Source of the DNA: Ascidiella aspersa
Lineage: Eukaryota
Direction of reading: 5' to 3'
DNA length: 64,000 nt
Assembly: GCA_963924565.1 (NCBI GenBank)
Contig: OZ004611.1
Span: forward strand, 20,088,001-20,152,000
Shown: positions 1-11,955 of the stretch, piece after piece
Numbering within the stretch: the first letter of the stretch is position 1
Layout: the number at the start of each line of letters is the position of its first letter
The notes under the pieces: model-generated
Databases searched by the model: none
Told to the model about the DNA's origin: nothing
The model's input: the letters and a program-made list of their open reading frames with translations, nothing else
Program-made: the position numbers and the translations under genes

Positions 1-439
1 GCTTTTTGGGGCTTTAAGTTACCGATGTGTTACTTGCGGTACAACGACCACATTGCAAAGACGGTATAGATCGGGTTCATTAACTAAATTGGGTTGACAA
101 CATGTAAATCGGTAGGTTTCAGAGTTTAGAAAACTGCTGGTATTTAGTTCATAATTTAAAGGCGGAATATATTCGACCGAAGCGCAAAAAATATATAAAT
201 ATCAGGATAAGTTTGTTAAACTTTCGTTGGGAAGAGCACCACAAGCAGATGACGCATTTTGTCTGTAAAAATGACAAAACATCGCGTGGCACTTACGAGG
301 AAGACAAAAGGGATTCGCGCGAAGCGTATTTAAAACAGGCTAAAAATAGAGTTTTGCGGAAAAAGTGTTTGAGATACCGTAAAATCAAACGTGTAGAAAC
401 TTGCCCCTGTTTTTGCTTACAAGCATTTTTTTTGCAAAA

Positions 440-505
440 TTAGGCCGCGGGCCGGATTAAATCGCTTGGCGATCCGGCTCGCGGGCCGTATGTTGCTCAG
501 GTCTG
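440..505. mobile_element. Right end of a hAT-type MITE in a GT31 gene intron (left end not identified)
   Basis: GCGGGCCG subterminal motifs ending ...GTTGCTCAGGTCTG. Followed by CTCTAGTG, nearly the same 8-mer as the TSD of the hAT at 5983. Confidence 0.5.
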
Positions 506-517
506 CTCTAGTGTTAC

Positions 518-1396
518 CTTGGAGTGATTTGCGCCTGTCGGTAGATGTCGCTCAACATCGGAAACATCATTACGATGAAACCGCCGTGACAAAACGGAGC
601 CAGATGCCCGAATGAGTAGGTTTCCTTCGAGAGAGCGTACTTTCCAAATCTGCAAAGAAACGATTACAAAAAATGACTTCGACCGAAATTACTAAATACA
701 TTCAGTATGTTTTATCAAAATGGTACAAGTTAAAAACATTATTCTAACCTTTCCGTTCCGATAAGTTCGCTATACATAAAAGGGCAATGCATTGCCCCGT
801 CTTTAATAAACTTTTGCTGATTGGTTATGAAGTAATCGTATGTCAGCGGTAAATTTATGACGCAGTCGTCGTCGGTAAACGCGTAGTAATCACTGACATC
901 ACCAGTGACGTAGATGACCCATTGGTAAGCTGCCAACACTTTGTCAGGCAAGGAGGCGTAGTCATCTTTAATGTCACATTGAAGAATGTCGCCGTACTTT
1001 TTGTTTTCTTCTTCTATTAATGCTTGTAATGTTTTATTTTCCACCCTTCCGACAAGGAAAACTGCAACAAACCTAAAAAAATTGTTCAATTAGAGGCCTG
1101 TCTTTAATCCAAATAGATATCGCTAAATTGTGATTAATTGTAAAGTACAAGTGAATTAAAGAGGGTTTAAATTGCACAGATAATTAGGTTTTCCTAAGGT
1201 TCTGTTTTCATCGGATGCTTAATAAATGTTTTTACGACCCACCTTTTGTCGTTAATTTTCTTTACAGAACCCCACGACTGCCTTACGTTGTTTCTTCGTT
1301 CTTTTGAATGCACAGCAGTTTTCACAATTATCAGCATGAATATTTTGCTTTTACTTATGTCGAAAGCAGTTGGCCTGCGCATAAAAGCAGAACAAT
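518..1396 (-). CDS. Beta-1,3-galactosyltransferase-like (GT31) gene, internal exons 1396-1243, 1072-749, 649-518; 3' exons lie outside the window
   Basis: GT-AG exons join in frame: IIVKTAVHSKERRNNVRQSWG...FLVG...EENKKYGDILQCDIKDDYASLPDKV...FTDDDCVIN...RFGKYALSKETY..APFCHGG. These are GT31 motifs, including the DXD motif. Confidence 0.88.
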
Positions 1397-1862
1397 CTGT
1401 AAGACACAAAACTGTGATTGTTCTTTAAAGTAAATTGATGTTAATCATGCGCAAAATTTGTAGAACGGCAAACTAGTCATTACTGGCAGTGGCGGATTAA
1501 AGGGTTGGTACAATACCATGTTACACAGCCATGCCCCCCTATCCATGCCCCCCCTCTTATTTCGTCATTTTATCTACACAAACGCAAACATTTGGGCGCT
1601 TTGTTCGACTAGTATTTGGATTTGGAATGTTTAATGTGTTTAGAAGTTATGTTTTTGTGCACTGAAAGATGCACACAACCGTGCAAAGTGTTCACAACTG
1701 TGATCTAGCTTTTCTGAAACTGTTTTTTGACCAACGATTACGGTTTACGTATCATTCCTACACCTAACAGCCGTCGCAGACTAACCGAATTTGTTAATCA
1801 GTGATGCAAGCTGGGCAGGCTAAAAAAAATAACTAGCCTGCAGTGAGGCGTATAATTGCATT

Positions 1863-1926
1863 TTTTCTCCCTTCGATGGCTATTTCTCCCTTCGATGGCT
1901 AGGGGATATTTCTCCCTTCGATGGCT
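1863..1926. repeat. Minisatellite, about 3 copies of TTTCTCCCTTCGATGGCTA
   Basis: Direct repeats visible in the sequence. Confidence 0.85.
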
Positions 1927-2410
1927 TTTCGATGTGTTTTTTGTATAACTGCGTTTTTGTTGCGTTTAGCGTGAATCATTGCCGTTTTCAATCTAAACAC
2001 AAAATCGCCAGTATAACAGCCTTGTTCAAACATTTGGAAATTTAAATATTATAAACGATAAAATTTTGTGCTATTACTAAGCTTTTTTGTTTTGCATTTT
2101 CCATTTGACAATAGGTTAGATAGAGCCGTGACTCGCTTCGCGGGAATGCCTTCTTGAAAGTATATTGTTCATGCTTCCGTTATTTGCGCAGCAGGAAACA
2201 GGAAGTCTCCAAAGTTTCATTGTACCCTTAACGTCTACTCTAGATTCTCTCCTGGTTACTGAATACACATACATTGTGAATACATTCTTTGACAATAAAG
2301 TTAACAGGCATCCGCGGACCTTTTCCCGTTGTTAAACTTCACCATCTTTAGATTAAAAACTACTAAAAAGCGAATAAATGACAACTATTGATATAAGTAA
2401 ATTTGCTCAC

Positions 2411-2848
2411 TGCATCAGCCACTGGCTGGTGATATTCCTTGGCTTGTGTTCCATTTTAAAGTTTTCCGGCACGTCATTAAAGCTCGTTCTTTCGTCTGGA
2501 CCATCCAGTAACCATTGCTCTAATTTCCTGAAAGTCGATTTCAAACAATTAATACATCGTTCATGGAGGAAAATTACGCCCTTTCGAAGGTATATACAAC
2601 TCAAAGTTTCCTAAAATTATAAGTTAGCAACACCGTGACTTGGCTAGGCCATACTAAAGCTTTAATATAAGTGTGTAAACATTTCTGAAGTTTTTAAGTG
2701 ATTAACACATGCTTTAACAAAAATCCCTCTGCCCAAAATGTAAAAAAAATGTTTTAAAATAAATCCGGAAACGCTTTACCTAAGACCACCTGCTCTTGGT
2801 GCTGCAATGATTTGTTTCGGTAGCTGAAAGGGTGAATATATCTTGTTG
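2411..2848 (-). CDS. Possible upstream (stem-region) exons of the GT31 gene: 2848-2780 and 2527-2411
   Basis: Both have AG/GT boundaries and join in frame (NKIYSPFQLPKQIIAAPRAGGLRKLEQWLLDG...). Their phase does not join directly to exon 1396. Confidence 0.35.
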
Positions 2849-3526
2849 CTAAAATATAAAACAACAAACATGAGAAATTCGTTTATTCGTGTGATTGAAG
2901 GATACACGATGTTGTCAGAATAATGTAACTGGGATAAAGTTTTTCAGTGGATTTCGCCCTCTTTTCTTAGCTCGATTTCGTCTGTACGATAATAATGCAC
3001 TTAATTTAGTGTATCATTAAAACTTTCAAGTCTTAAAAATTTTGATTTCCAGGTTAATTTTCGACATGGTAACTGTTTTAACTTGATCGACAAGATTATA
3101 TCTAAAAGGGTATTTATTTAAATATTTGACCAACTTTGAAAAAAAATGTTTTAAAACTATTGCATTACACATTGCTGTTAAGAATTTGGTACATGTACCG
3201 TCATGAACTACCGGTATTGAATAGTTTTCGTGAAATGTGTTAAATATACGGTATATGAATTTATATCCAATCAAGCAAAAGTACGGGCATTTAACATTCT
3301 ATGTTATGTCAATGACATTTCGCTACTAACAGCTTTAATCAGTGAATTTGTTGTTGTTGTCACGTTGTCTATATTGGTCCATAAAAATCATTTAAAGTAA
3401 GTTAATTATTAAATCATACAAAACTGGACACAAAAAGTCAATGAAAATGAGGGTAGGCCTACTTGTAAACAGGTATTCCGCGTTTGTTGTTCAAAAGGCA
3501 ATACAGTTTTTTCCCCAAGAAAGAGT

Positions 3527-5080
3527 TGAAGCGCTGCATAAAAATGAAAGTGGATTTGAGTTAAGACATGTGTCTGCTCTTTTGAGTTAAAGTTTAAGAA
3601 AATTCCTCGGTTCGGAAAGTTGTTTTATTTTGCATTACTTTCTCGCCAATGTACGCTTCGCCAAATCACAATAAGCCGTATATGGCAGTAAAACGAGTGT
3701 TCTGCGAAAACCCATTTCGTTGAAAATACCTGAAGCGCTGCATAAAAATGAAAGTGGATTTGAGTTAAGACTTGTGTCTGCTCTTTTGAGTTAAAGTTTA
3801 AGAAAATTCCTCGGTTCGGAAAGTTGTTTTATTTGGCGTTTCTTTCTCACCAATATACGCTTCGCCAAATCACAATAAGCCGTATATGGCAGTAAAACGA
3901 GTGTTCTACGAAAACCCATTTCGTTGAAAATACCTGAAGCGCTGCATAAAAATGAAAGTGGATTTGAGTTAAGACTTGTGTCTGCTCTTTTGAGTTAAAG
4001 TTTAAGAAAATTCCTCGGTTCGGAAAGTTGTTTTATTTGGCGTTTCTTTCTCACCAATATACGCTTCGCCAAATCACAATAAGCCGTATATGGCAGTAAA
4101 ACGAGTGTTCTACGAAAACCCATTTCGTTGAAAATACCTGAAGCGCTGCATAAAAATGAAAGTGGATTTGAGTTAAGACATGTATCTGCTCTGTTGTGTC
4201 AAAATTTAAGACAATTCCTCGGTTCGGAAAGTTGTTTTATTTTGCGTTACTTTCTCGCCAATGTACGCTTCGCCAAATCACAATACGCCGTATATGGCAG
4301 TTAGACGAGTGTTCTACGAAAACCCATTTCGTTGAAAATACCTGAAGCGCTGCATAAAAATGAAAGTGGATTTGAGTTAAGACATGTGTCTGCTCTTTTG
4401 AGTTAAAGTTTAAGAAAATTCCTCGGTTCGGAAAGTTGTTTTATTTTGCGTTACTTTCTCGCCAATGTACGCTTCACCAAATCACAATAGGCCGTATATG
4501 GCAGTTAGACGAGTGTTCTACGAAAACCCATTTCGTTGAAAATACCTGAAGCGCTGCATAAAAATGAAAGTGGATTTGAGTTAAGACATGTGTCTGCTCT
4601 TTTGAGTTAAAGTTTAAGAAAATTCCTCGGTTCGAAAAGTTGTTTTATTTTGCATTACTTTCTCGCCAATGTACGCTTCGCCAAATCACAATAAGCCGTA
4701 TATGGCAGTAAAACGAGTGTTCTGCGAAAACCCATTTCGTTGAAAATACCTGAAGCGCTGCATAAAAATGAAAGTGGATTTGAGTTAAGACATATGTCTG
4801 CTCTTTTGAGTTAAAGTTTAAGAAAATTCCTCGGTTCGGAAAGTTGTTTTATTTTGCATTACTTTCTCGCCAATGTACGCTTCACCAAATCACAATAGGC
4901 CGTATATGGCAGTTAGACGAGTGTTCTACGAAAACCCATTTCGTTGAAAATACCTGAAGCGCTGCATACAAATGAAAGTGGATTTGAGTTAAGACATGTG
5001 TCTGCTTTGTTGTGTTGAAATTGAAGAAAATTCCTCGGTTCGGAAAGTTGTTTATTTTGTCTTTCTTTGGCGCTAATGTG
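3527..5080. repeat. Tandem satellite, 204-bp unit, about 7.6 copies
   Basis: GAAGCGCTGCATA recurs at 3528, 3732, 3936, 4140, 4344, 4548, 4752 and 4956, an exact 204-bp period. Confidence 0.97.
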
Positions 5081-5982
5081 CGATATGCGAAAGAAAATTG
5101 TGGTAAACGTGTTTTTAAAAATAAAAAAAAAATAAAAAAAATTATTTCGCCGAAATGACAATGGTCAGTTAACGTACCTTTTAATAACTTATTTTTTGTT
5201 TTATATAAGTATTGCTACCAGACATATTAATATTAATCAAAAAACAACTCCTCTGGTAATTGCAATTCTTTACCAGCTTTTCGGCAACCTATGCAAGTCG
5301 TCTTCGTCAGGGTGAATGACACTGAATGCTGAGCGCTAGTCTCCTTATGGATTTCGGAAAACAATTCTATTCTAATCAAAGGCGATTTGTAAGCAATTAA
5401 GGGGCAACCTTTTCCTAGCCAAAACCAACATCAGAAAGGTCTATGTAGGCCGAAATAAAGCCTAACTGACATGCATTTATATACAATGAGTACTTCCATT
5501 GTTGATAGTGAAGCATGCGTGTTTAATTGCAAGTCTCATTAAACTAATTTGCCTCGGCAATCAACCTCGCTATTGCTTCAATAAGTATTGCTGTTGTCTG
5601 ATTACAATTCCACACAGTTTGTGTTGGCTATTATGGGCAAACCGGCTAATCCCGGCAAGCTGATCCTGAGAACTGGACATTTTATTTTTGTAAGCAATCC
5701 TTTTTATACACAAAACTTAGAAGAGAAATTTTCTGTGCGAGAAAAAGATTATGACGCAGCAATGACACGGCAATTGTTACATTATCTAATAGTAATTTCG
5801 TCACACGGGTGTTGGCTTATCGCCTTTCTTTCTCAACTTATCTCCTACAAGGAAGTTAGAATCTGTCCATATTAGTACACGAAAAGCGGCTTCTAACTGT
5901 AAACACAATTTCAATCATTGTTTTGAGATGCGGCTTATGTGCCAATTCTCAAAGCGGCGATTTAAGGTCGAACACTCTAGTA

Positions 5983-7196
5983 CAGGGTTGTCCAAAGCCT
6001 GGCCCGCGGGCCGCATGCGGCCCGCGACCTCCTTCAATGCGGCCCGCCGCCTCTTCTAGAAAACTTTTAAAAATTACCGTATATCCTCGCATATAAGCCG
6101 ACCCTAGAAAAACAACCTTAAAATGGTAAATTTATAAAAATCCGCATATAAGTGACATAACAACCAAGTATGAATACAATGGTAAAGAGGCATTGTTATT
6201 GTTTATTACGTAACTTAAATTTCTGCCTCGTACGTCTTATGCTAGTTTTCAACAGTTTAGCCTAACCCTAACCGGTACAATGTAGCCTTTGAAAATGAGA
6301 AAAGTTTATCTCGAAACGTCAGGCATTTGTAAATAAAATGTTTTCTGCAATATTGGCTGTGTGCTTTATGCTGAGAATATTCTTTATAATTTCAGTTTTA
6401 CTTAATCCTCCATTACATTCTGTTTTATTCTTTCTTTTCAGACTTAGTGCCACATTTTTTACGATGGCTCAGAAAAGAAAAATCTCTGATGAAAAACGTA
6501 AATTCAAGGATAGTTGGGAATTGAGATTCCTGGTGAAAGAACAAAGTAGTCGAGTTTTATGTTTAATTTGTAATGAAATGATATCTGTTATGAAAGAGTA
6601 CAATGTACAACGACACTACAGCACTCTTCATGTCACTGGCTATGATAAATACACTGGTGAGGCGCGGCGAGCCCTACTCAATGATCTCAAATCAAACCTG
6701 CGTAAGCGTCAAGAAAACATGTTTCAATTAGTGAAGCCTTCGTCTTCTACAACCATTGCTTCTTATGATGTATCACTTTTGATGGCTAAATCCAAAAAGG
6801 CATTCTCTGACGGTGATCTCATTAAGCGATGTGCAATAGCTATGGGAAAGGCCATGGGCTTTAACGATGCAGCTCGTGGGTTTGAAAAAATTCCACTCTC
6901 GCATTTATGGTTTATTCTTATTCATACTTGTCAGTTATTTTTAAGGTTTCCTGGTCTACTGACGTTGCTCAAAATTTCCAAAACTCTCTTATTCGTAGTA
7001 TTCACATCTTAGCTTCTTTAATCTATTCCCCAATATGTTTTTATGATAAATATAAAGATTCATTTACACATGTACGTGTTTTACTTTACATCTGGTACGG
7101 TGAGACAGTGTATAAGAGGAAAAATGTCAACTGCGGCCCGCGATCTAATTTCCTTGCCGAATGCGTCCCGCGTCCCATAAAGTTTGGTCAACCCTG
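5983..7196 (+). mobile_element. Internally deleted hAT (Buster/SPIN-type) DNA transposon
   Basis: TIRs CAGGGTTGTCCAAA / TTTGGTCAACCCTG (1 mismatch). Perfect 8-bp TSD CTCTAGTA at 5975-5982 and 7197-7204. GGCCCGCG subterminal repeats. Confidence 0.93.
6464..6903 (+). pseudogene. N-terminal fragment of a SPIN/GTF2IRD2-like hAT transposase (zinc-finger region, no catalytic domain)
   Basis: MAQKRKISDEKRKFKDSWE..FLV....VLCLICNE....KEYNVQRHY..LH ... ASY.VS..MAKSKKAFSDGDLIKRC ... FEKIPLS. Homology stops at IPLSH. Confidence 0.88.
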
Positions 7197-8791
7197 CTCT
7201 AGTACAATATGAGGAAGGATATGCGTCAATTTTTGCTATTTGTCATCTGTGAACAAGTGGCCGAACTGTTTCGCAAGGCACTGGCAATTTACCAGAAGTT
7301 TTCACTAAAAAACGCACACAGTAGCAATTGTCAACATTACATTTTCGAGTTTAGACACATAAAGCTCTTTGATAAATAGATATATTATTACAATTTTGAT
7401 AAATATACAACAGAATGTTTTTGGTAAGGATGCGTTATGACAATTTTGATAATTAGACAAGAAATAATAAAGGGGCGCATGTTTTTGTTGTTCGTTAATT
7501 ACTTAAAACGATTAATTAAACACGTAAAAACGGCCACTGCCACCACAATAGTTCCAATTCAGGGCAGACATAACGCCTTTTGGTTGAAAAACTAATTGAT
7601 TAACGTAGTTGAAATAGCCAAACAATGTTAAGAAATGGCCTTTTACACGTTTCTTAAAGGTGGTGACTGCCGGATTTAGCCCTAATTCGTAGGTTGCCCA
7701 CCCCAGATTTATACCTTATTGCTAAAAACTATTTTAAAAACACCAAACAAAAACTTGATCTTCGTTTTTTCTACTTATACTCTTTTAAACTCATTTTATC
7801 ATCCTTGCCCTTAGAACAAATCGTTGTCGTCAAACTCTCTTACTCAAGTTTCGTATAGATCTATGTAGGCTTAAAGACTGTGTCCTGTTTGAGTCAACAC
7901 TATTTCCCGCTTTGGCATTTAGTCAACCCGCATTGCTCTTCACTACACGGATATAACTTGCTGCGATAATCCTTTTTTTGCAGTGTTAGTTTAGCCAAGA
8001 TAACCTAGTCTTTAACAGTTTGCGAAACATTTTCTACTGAACAACAAGTCTCGTCAAAAGGAATGTCTCCCAAATCTAACCAACTTGGGGAAATTCTTCC
8101 GCTTAGCGCGGACATTTGACATCTTTATTCGGAACAAACTTTAACATATATATGCCTTAACATATTTAGTCCTATTGTGCACAATTCAAGCGAGAATAAT
8201 CAAAAGGTTTGTCCCCCGGTCTTATATAACTGTAGTTGGATTACATCCGGCATGAAGCCCATGAGCCACGAGTCAAGCGAAGTTGTAGAGGGCAAAATTC
8301 AAGAGGGCAAAAACAAAACTGTTTGAAGCTGTAGCCTACTGAAAGATAAGTTTGAACGTTGGTTTGACACGTTTCTTTCGCATTCACCCTTACAACAAAG
8401 ATCACTGTCAATTAAACCTCACGCAAAAATACATAAATGATTGTAATACTATATTAGTAATCTTATTCTTTTTATTACTTACTTTTGGACATTTACACGA
8501 GCGTTCTAATCGCCCAATCTTTGTTTTCACCTAAGAAGGTATCACTGTACTTTTGAGTTACAATGTTATCAGCTACATGTCCATTCTAAATGCGATTACC
8601 TATACTATAGGTTCCGTCAAAATCGCATACACAGAGGACAGAGGTTTAACATTAAATAAACCTTTGTGCAGCCAGTTTGTCGACAAGCGATTCCACCCCC
8701 GGTTTTATAACGTTTATGCTGTATTAGGATATTTTAAATGTACAACTTTGACAGCCAAATGGCATTTTTTATGTAGTCCTACTGTATACAA

Positions 8792-9189
8792 GAGTGGTCG
8801 GCAAACTGTGGACCGCGGCCCAAATGTGGGCCGCAGAGCCATTTTTCGTGGGCCGCTAGTTACTTTTGAATGGCTTAGTGTTGTCATATAGTTGTGGGCC
8901 GCGTAATAGCGGTACATTTATTGCACTTTATTTTAAAATCTCGTGTGGCTTAGAAGTTTCATACTCTCAGCGTGGTTCAGACCCACCTGCCAAACGTGGT
9001 CCTGAGTACCTGTCGAACTACATTTTTGGCCAACTTTAACTATACGTAAACGCAAAATTTTTTGCGCTTCGTGCATATATTCTTCGTTTTATACTATGTT
9101 TTACATTATGACATGGCAGTTTTTTAGGCAGCAAGGCTTCAATAGCTCTCAAAAGAGTGGCCGCGACAAAAAAAATTTGCCGACCACTG
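8792..9189. mobile_element. hAT-like MITE
   Basis: Ends (G)AGTGGTCGGCAAA / TTTGCCGACCACTG with GGCCGC subterminal motifs. No TSD recognised. Confidence 0.65.
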
Positions 9190-9910
9190 CATCAAGACCA
9201 AGGCCAGTCATCAGGATTAACGTGTGGGGGGCATGACAATTTTGTAGCATGACGTCATAACGTTACGCCATAGAACAATTAATCGCTGCAAAAAACAAAA
9301 GTATTTAGTCATAAAAAAGAGAAAAATATATAGTTTTGGTGGGGACAAGTTGAATCCACTACCTGCACCCAATTTAACAACCCTTATTTGATTTAGTATT
9401 TATTTTAAGTGTCCGATTGTTTCATTTGTTTGTTTTTTTAATATTTTTTAAACAAATAATATCGTTACAATGTTTGGCTTCGCTTAGTGTCACATTTTCA
9501 AACTTATACATTTGATCCGTTTGTTGTTAATGGTTGTTAATGTTATTAACAGAAACTCATCATTCAGTTCGTTTCAACAAAGAAATCGAACAACCCGGTC
9601 AAATTGAAAATGATGGGTAAGTTCTCAAAACTAAAATACCTCAAGTAAAAGCTCTAATTACTATAGACGGCTTTATAAATAGTGATATATTTGTTTGAGT
9701 TATGTTTCTTTAGTGTATAAAACATCTTCCATAATTTTGAAACATATCGCCCTATCGTTTGCTGACCAATGAAATGTCATGATTTAATAGAACAGTAGCT
9801 ATGCCAACGACAAGGAAAACAAATCATTTCTGTGTGACGTAATACAAAGAGTTGTATAATCGATGACGTCACACAAACATCTCTAATAAGTTTCGGTATG
9901 CTATGATATG

Positions 9911-10223
9911 AAATCGTTGGTCAAAAAGCAGCTTTAGAAGGGCTATATCACAGTTATTGAACAAATATGTGTGTATATTTCATCACTACTAGGGATTGCT
10001 AATTAAGACAAACATTCTCCGATTTGTAATGTTTAAAATGGAGAAAACAATGAATAATTTTAGGAGAAGTCTCTTAATAACACATGTTACGACAAGTGCT
10101 TATGCCGTGTTTTTATACTGAGGGTGGTATTTATAACAATTTCCCGAAATTAAAGATACACACACATGTGTCTGCAACAATTGTGATCTAGCCCTTCTGA
10201 AGCTGCTTTTTAATCGACGATTT
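9911..10223. mobile_element. MITE-like element with ~60-bp imperfect TIRs
   Basis: AAATCGTTGGTCAAAAAGCAGCTTTAGAAGGGCTATATCACAG is inverted at 10180-10223. A related end occurs near 1690-1740. Confidence 0.55.
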
Positions 10224-10635
10224 CGATCGACAGATTCGGTGAATCTGGAATGGCTTTCTGGGTACCATTCCCCAAATTTTAAACTAATAAATTTATGCTG
10301 CTTTTTTCATCTATATTCTGCCCTCATTTTTTATGTTTAAAATAACGGATAAGTATCGCTTTTTAACCGCAGAATCTACGAAGTACCATCACTGGGCAGT
10401 CGATACCTACCTAAACCAAGCCATAGCTCTAGATTGCAAAGAGGAGATTACGAAAACACGACGCCAGGAGAAAACATGACGTCAGGACCTCCACAACAAA
10501 AAGAAAATGCCTACGATTCCAACTGACTCAGCACAACTGACGTATACGACCGTGACTCAACATTTATCATATTGAGCGAGTATAACAGCAGCCATAAGAC
10601 CGAAATAAGAACAACATTTTCGTCAGATTGAAATA

Positions 10636-10952
10636 CAGTTCGGAATAAGAGTAAAATAGGACTAATACCTAATAATCGTAAAAACGTTTAAATCGAAATA
10701 AATAAATCCGTCTGGATAAGACCTGAATGGTAAGAATCAGTCCTAAACAACACTTTACCTAACCCCAAACCCCACCCCTAAGTATTTTTTTAACTCCCGT
10801 AATAATATTAACCCTAACCCATTTTCCAACCCACTAATTAACCAATAACCCTAAACAGGACCAAAAATCCGGTGCCAAAACAGCGGCGCCCCAGGCGTTA
10901 TTTTAGCCATTTGGGGCTTATTCGGGTACGATTTCGATCTTATTCTGTACTG
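10636..10952. mobile_element. Short TIR element containing CCTAACC motifs (present in all three unit copies)
   Basis: CAGTTCGGAATAAGA ... TCTTATTCTGTACTG imperfect inverted ends. Confidence 0.4.
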
Positions 10953-11073
10953 GACATTACTGCGTATTTAGCTTTATTATGTTGTTGCTTTTATCACTAT
11001 GGTTTTATAATTTTTTCTGCCTTAGGTATTGTTGCTTTTTAAGTCTTATTGTGTTTTCCCCAAAAAAAACGTT

Positions 11074-11955
11074 CCTTATCTTTCGCCCGTTCCTTGCGAA
11101 TGGGAGATCCAAGAAATCATCCAATTCATGCACCCTCTGAAATTTGGTACTTTAAAACAAGGAGTCCGATGCTCACATCCAAAATACCCGAAGATAAGGA
11201 ACGGTTTTGTTAAACTTTTCTACTCCAATATAGATTACAACAGCTTACCAAAAGACATCAATATTCTAGGCCACCAAATTACAGTTATCAAACCCGGAGA
11301 ACCACAAAACAACAAAAAATGCTGGAAATGCGACAAACCTGGCCACTGGACAACTCAATGTACAACTCAGAAAAACAAAACACAAGAACCACCAAAAGAT
11401 AACACCAACTACCCGCCACTCCCAACCCAACCTAATCCCAAACATCACGAAAAACAAGAAGACCCTATCTCCATACCAGACGACTCATCAAGCGAAGAAG
11501 ACTCTGTCTATGAAGAATCAACAAACACAAAAGAAAATGAAGATACACCAAAAGACCAGTCACCAACAAATTCCACAAATCAAGAAATTCCCCCATCCCG
11601 CGGCCATCGTAACCAATCACCTCCATCCACATCCTCATCTACACAATCAACAGCCAAGAAGAGACACCACGCAACATACACATCCAACACAAGCTCAACA
11701 TCACCCGGACTTCAAGAAAATATACAACTAGAGAAACGAAAGATCCACAAACACAAGAAAAAGTCAAAAGAAAAGTAATTTAAATACCTTTTTTTCACTT
11801 GTGAATTTTGCGTACGTTGACTCGTCCTCGTGTCGCTCGCAGTTACTTTACACTTTTCGTTGTAACTTTAACTCTCCTTTTTTAATCGATGTAACTTCCT
11901 TTCCATAAAATAAACATTTAAAAAAATTAAAAAAAAAAAAAAATTAAAAAAAAAA
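11074..11955 (+). mobile_element. 5'-truncated non-LTR retroelement: Tx1/L1-type ORF1 (CCHC zinc knuckle; stop at 11778), 3'UTR, AATAAA and poly(A), with no ORF2
   Basis: LSPVP..W....I...NG......LP..I.ILGHQITV..PGEP....CWKCDKPGHWTTQC (CX2CX4HX4C), then a disordered tail. AATAAA at 11909, A-tract 11920-11955. Absent from copies 2 and 3. Confidence 0.8.

Noticed and set aside
3527-5080. CRISPR-like array or coding repeat (204 = 68 codons)
   Set aside because: Whole units repeat with no unique spacers, the context is eukaryotic, and no ORF runs through the array.
7750-8150. Cys-containing decayed minus-strand frame (LYPCSEEQCGLTKCQSG)
   Set aside because: Many stops and no family recognised; cannot be supported without a search.
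10755-10855. Telomeric (CCCTAA)n
   Set aside because: Only scattered imperfect motifs, internal to a repeated MITE-like element.
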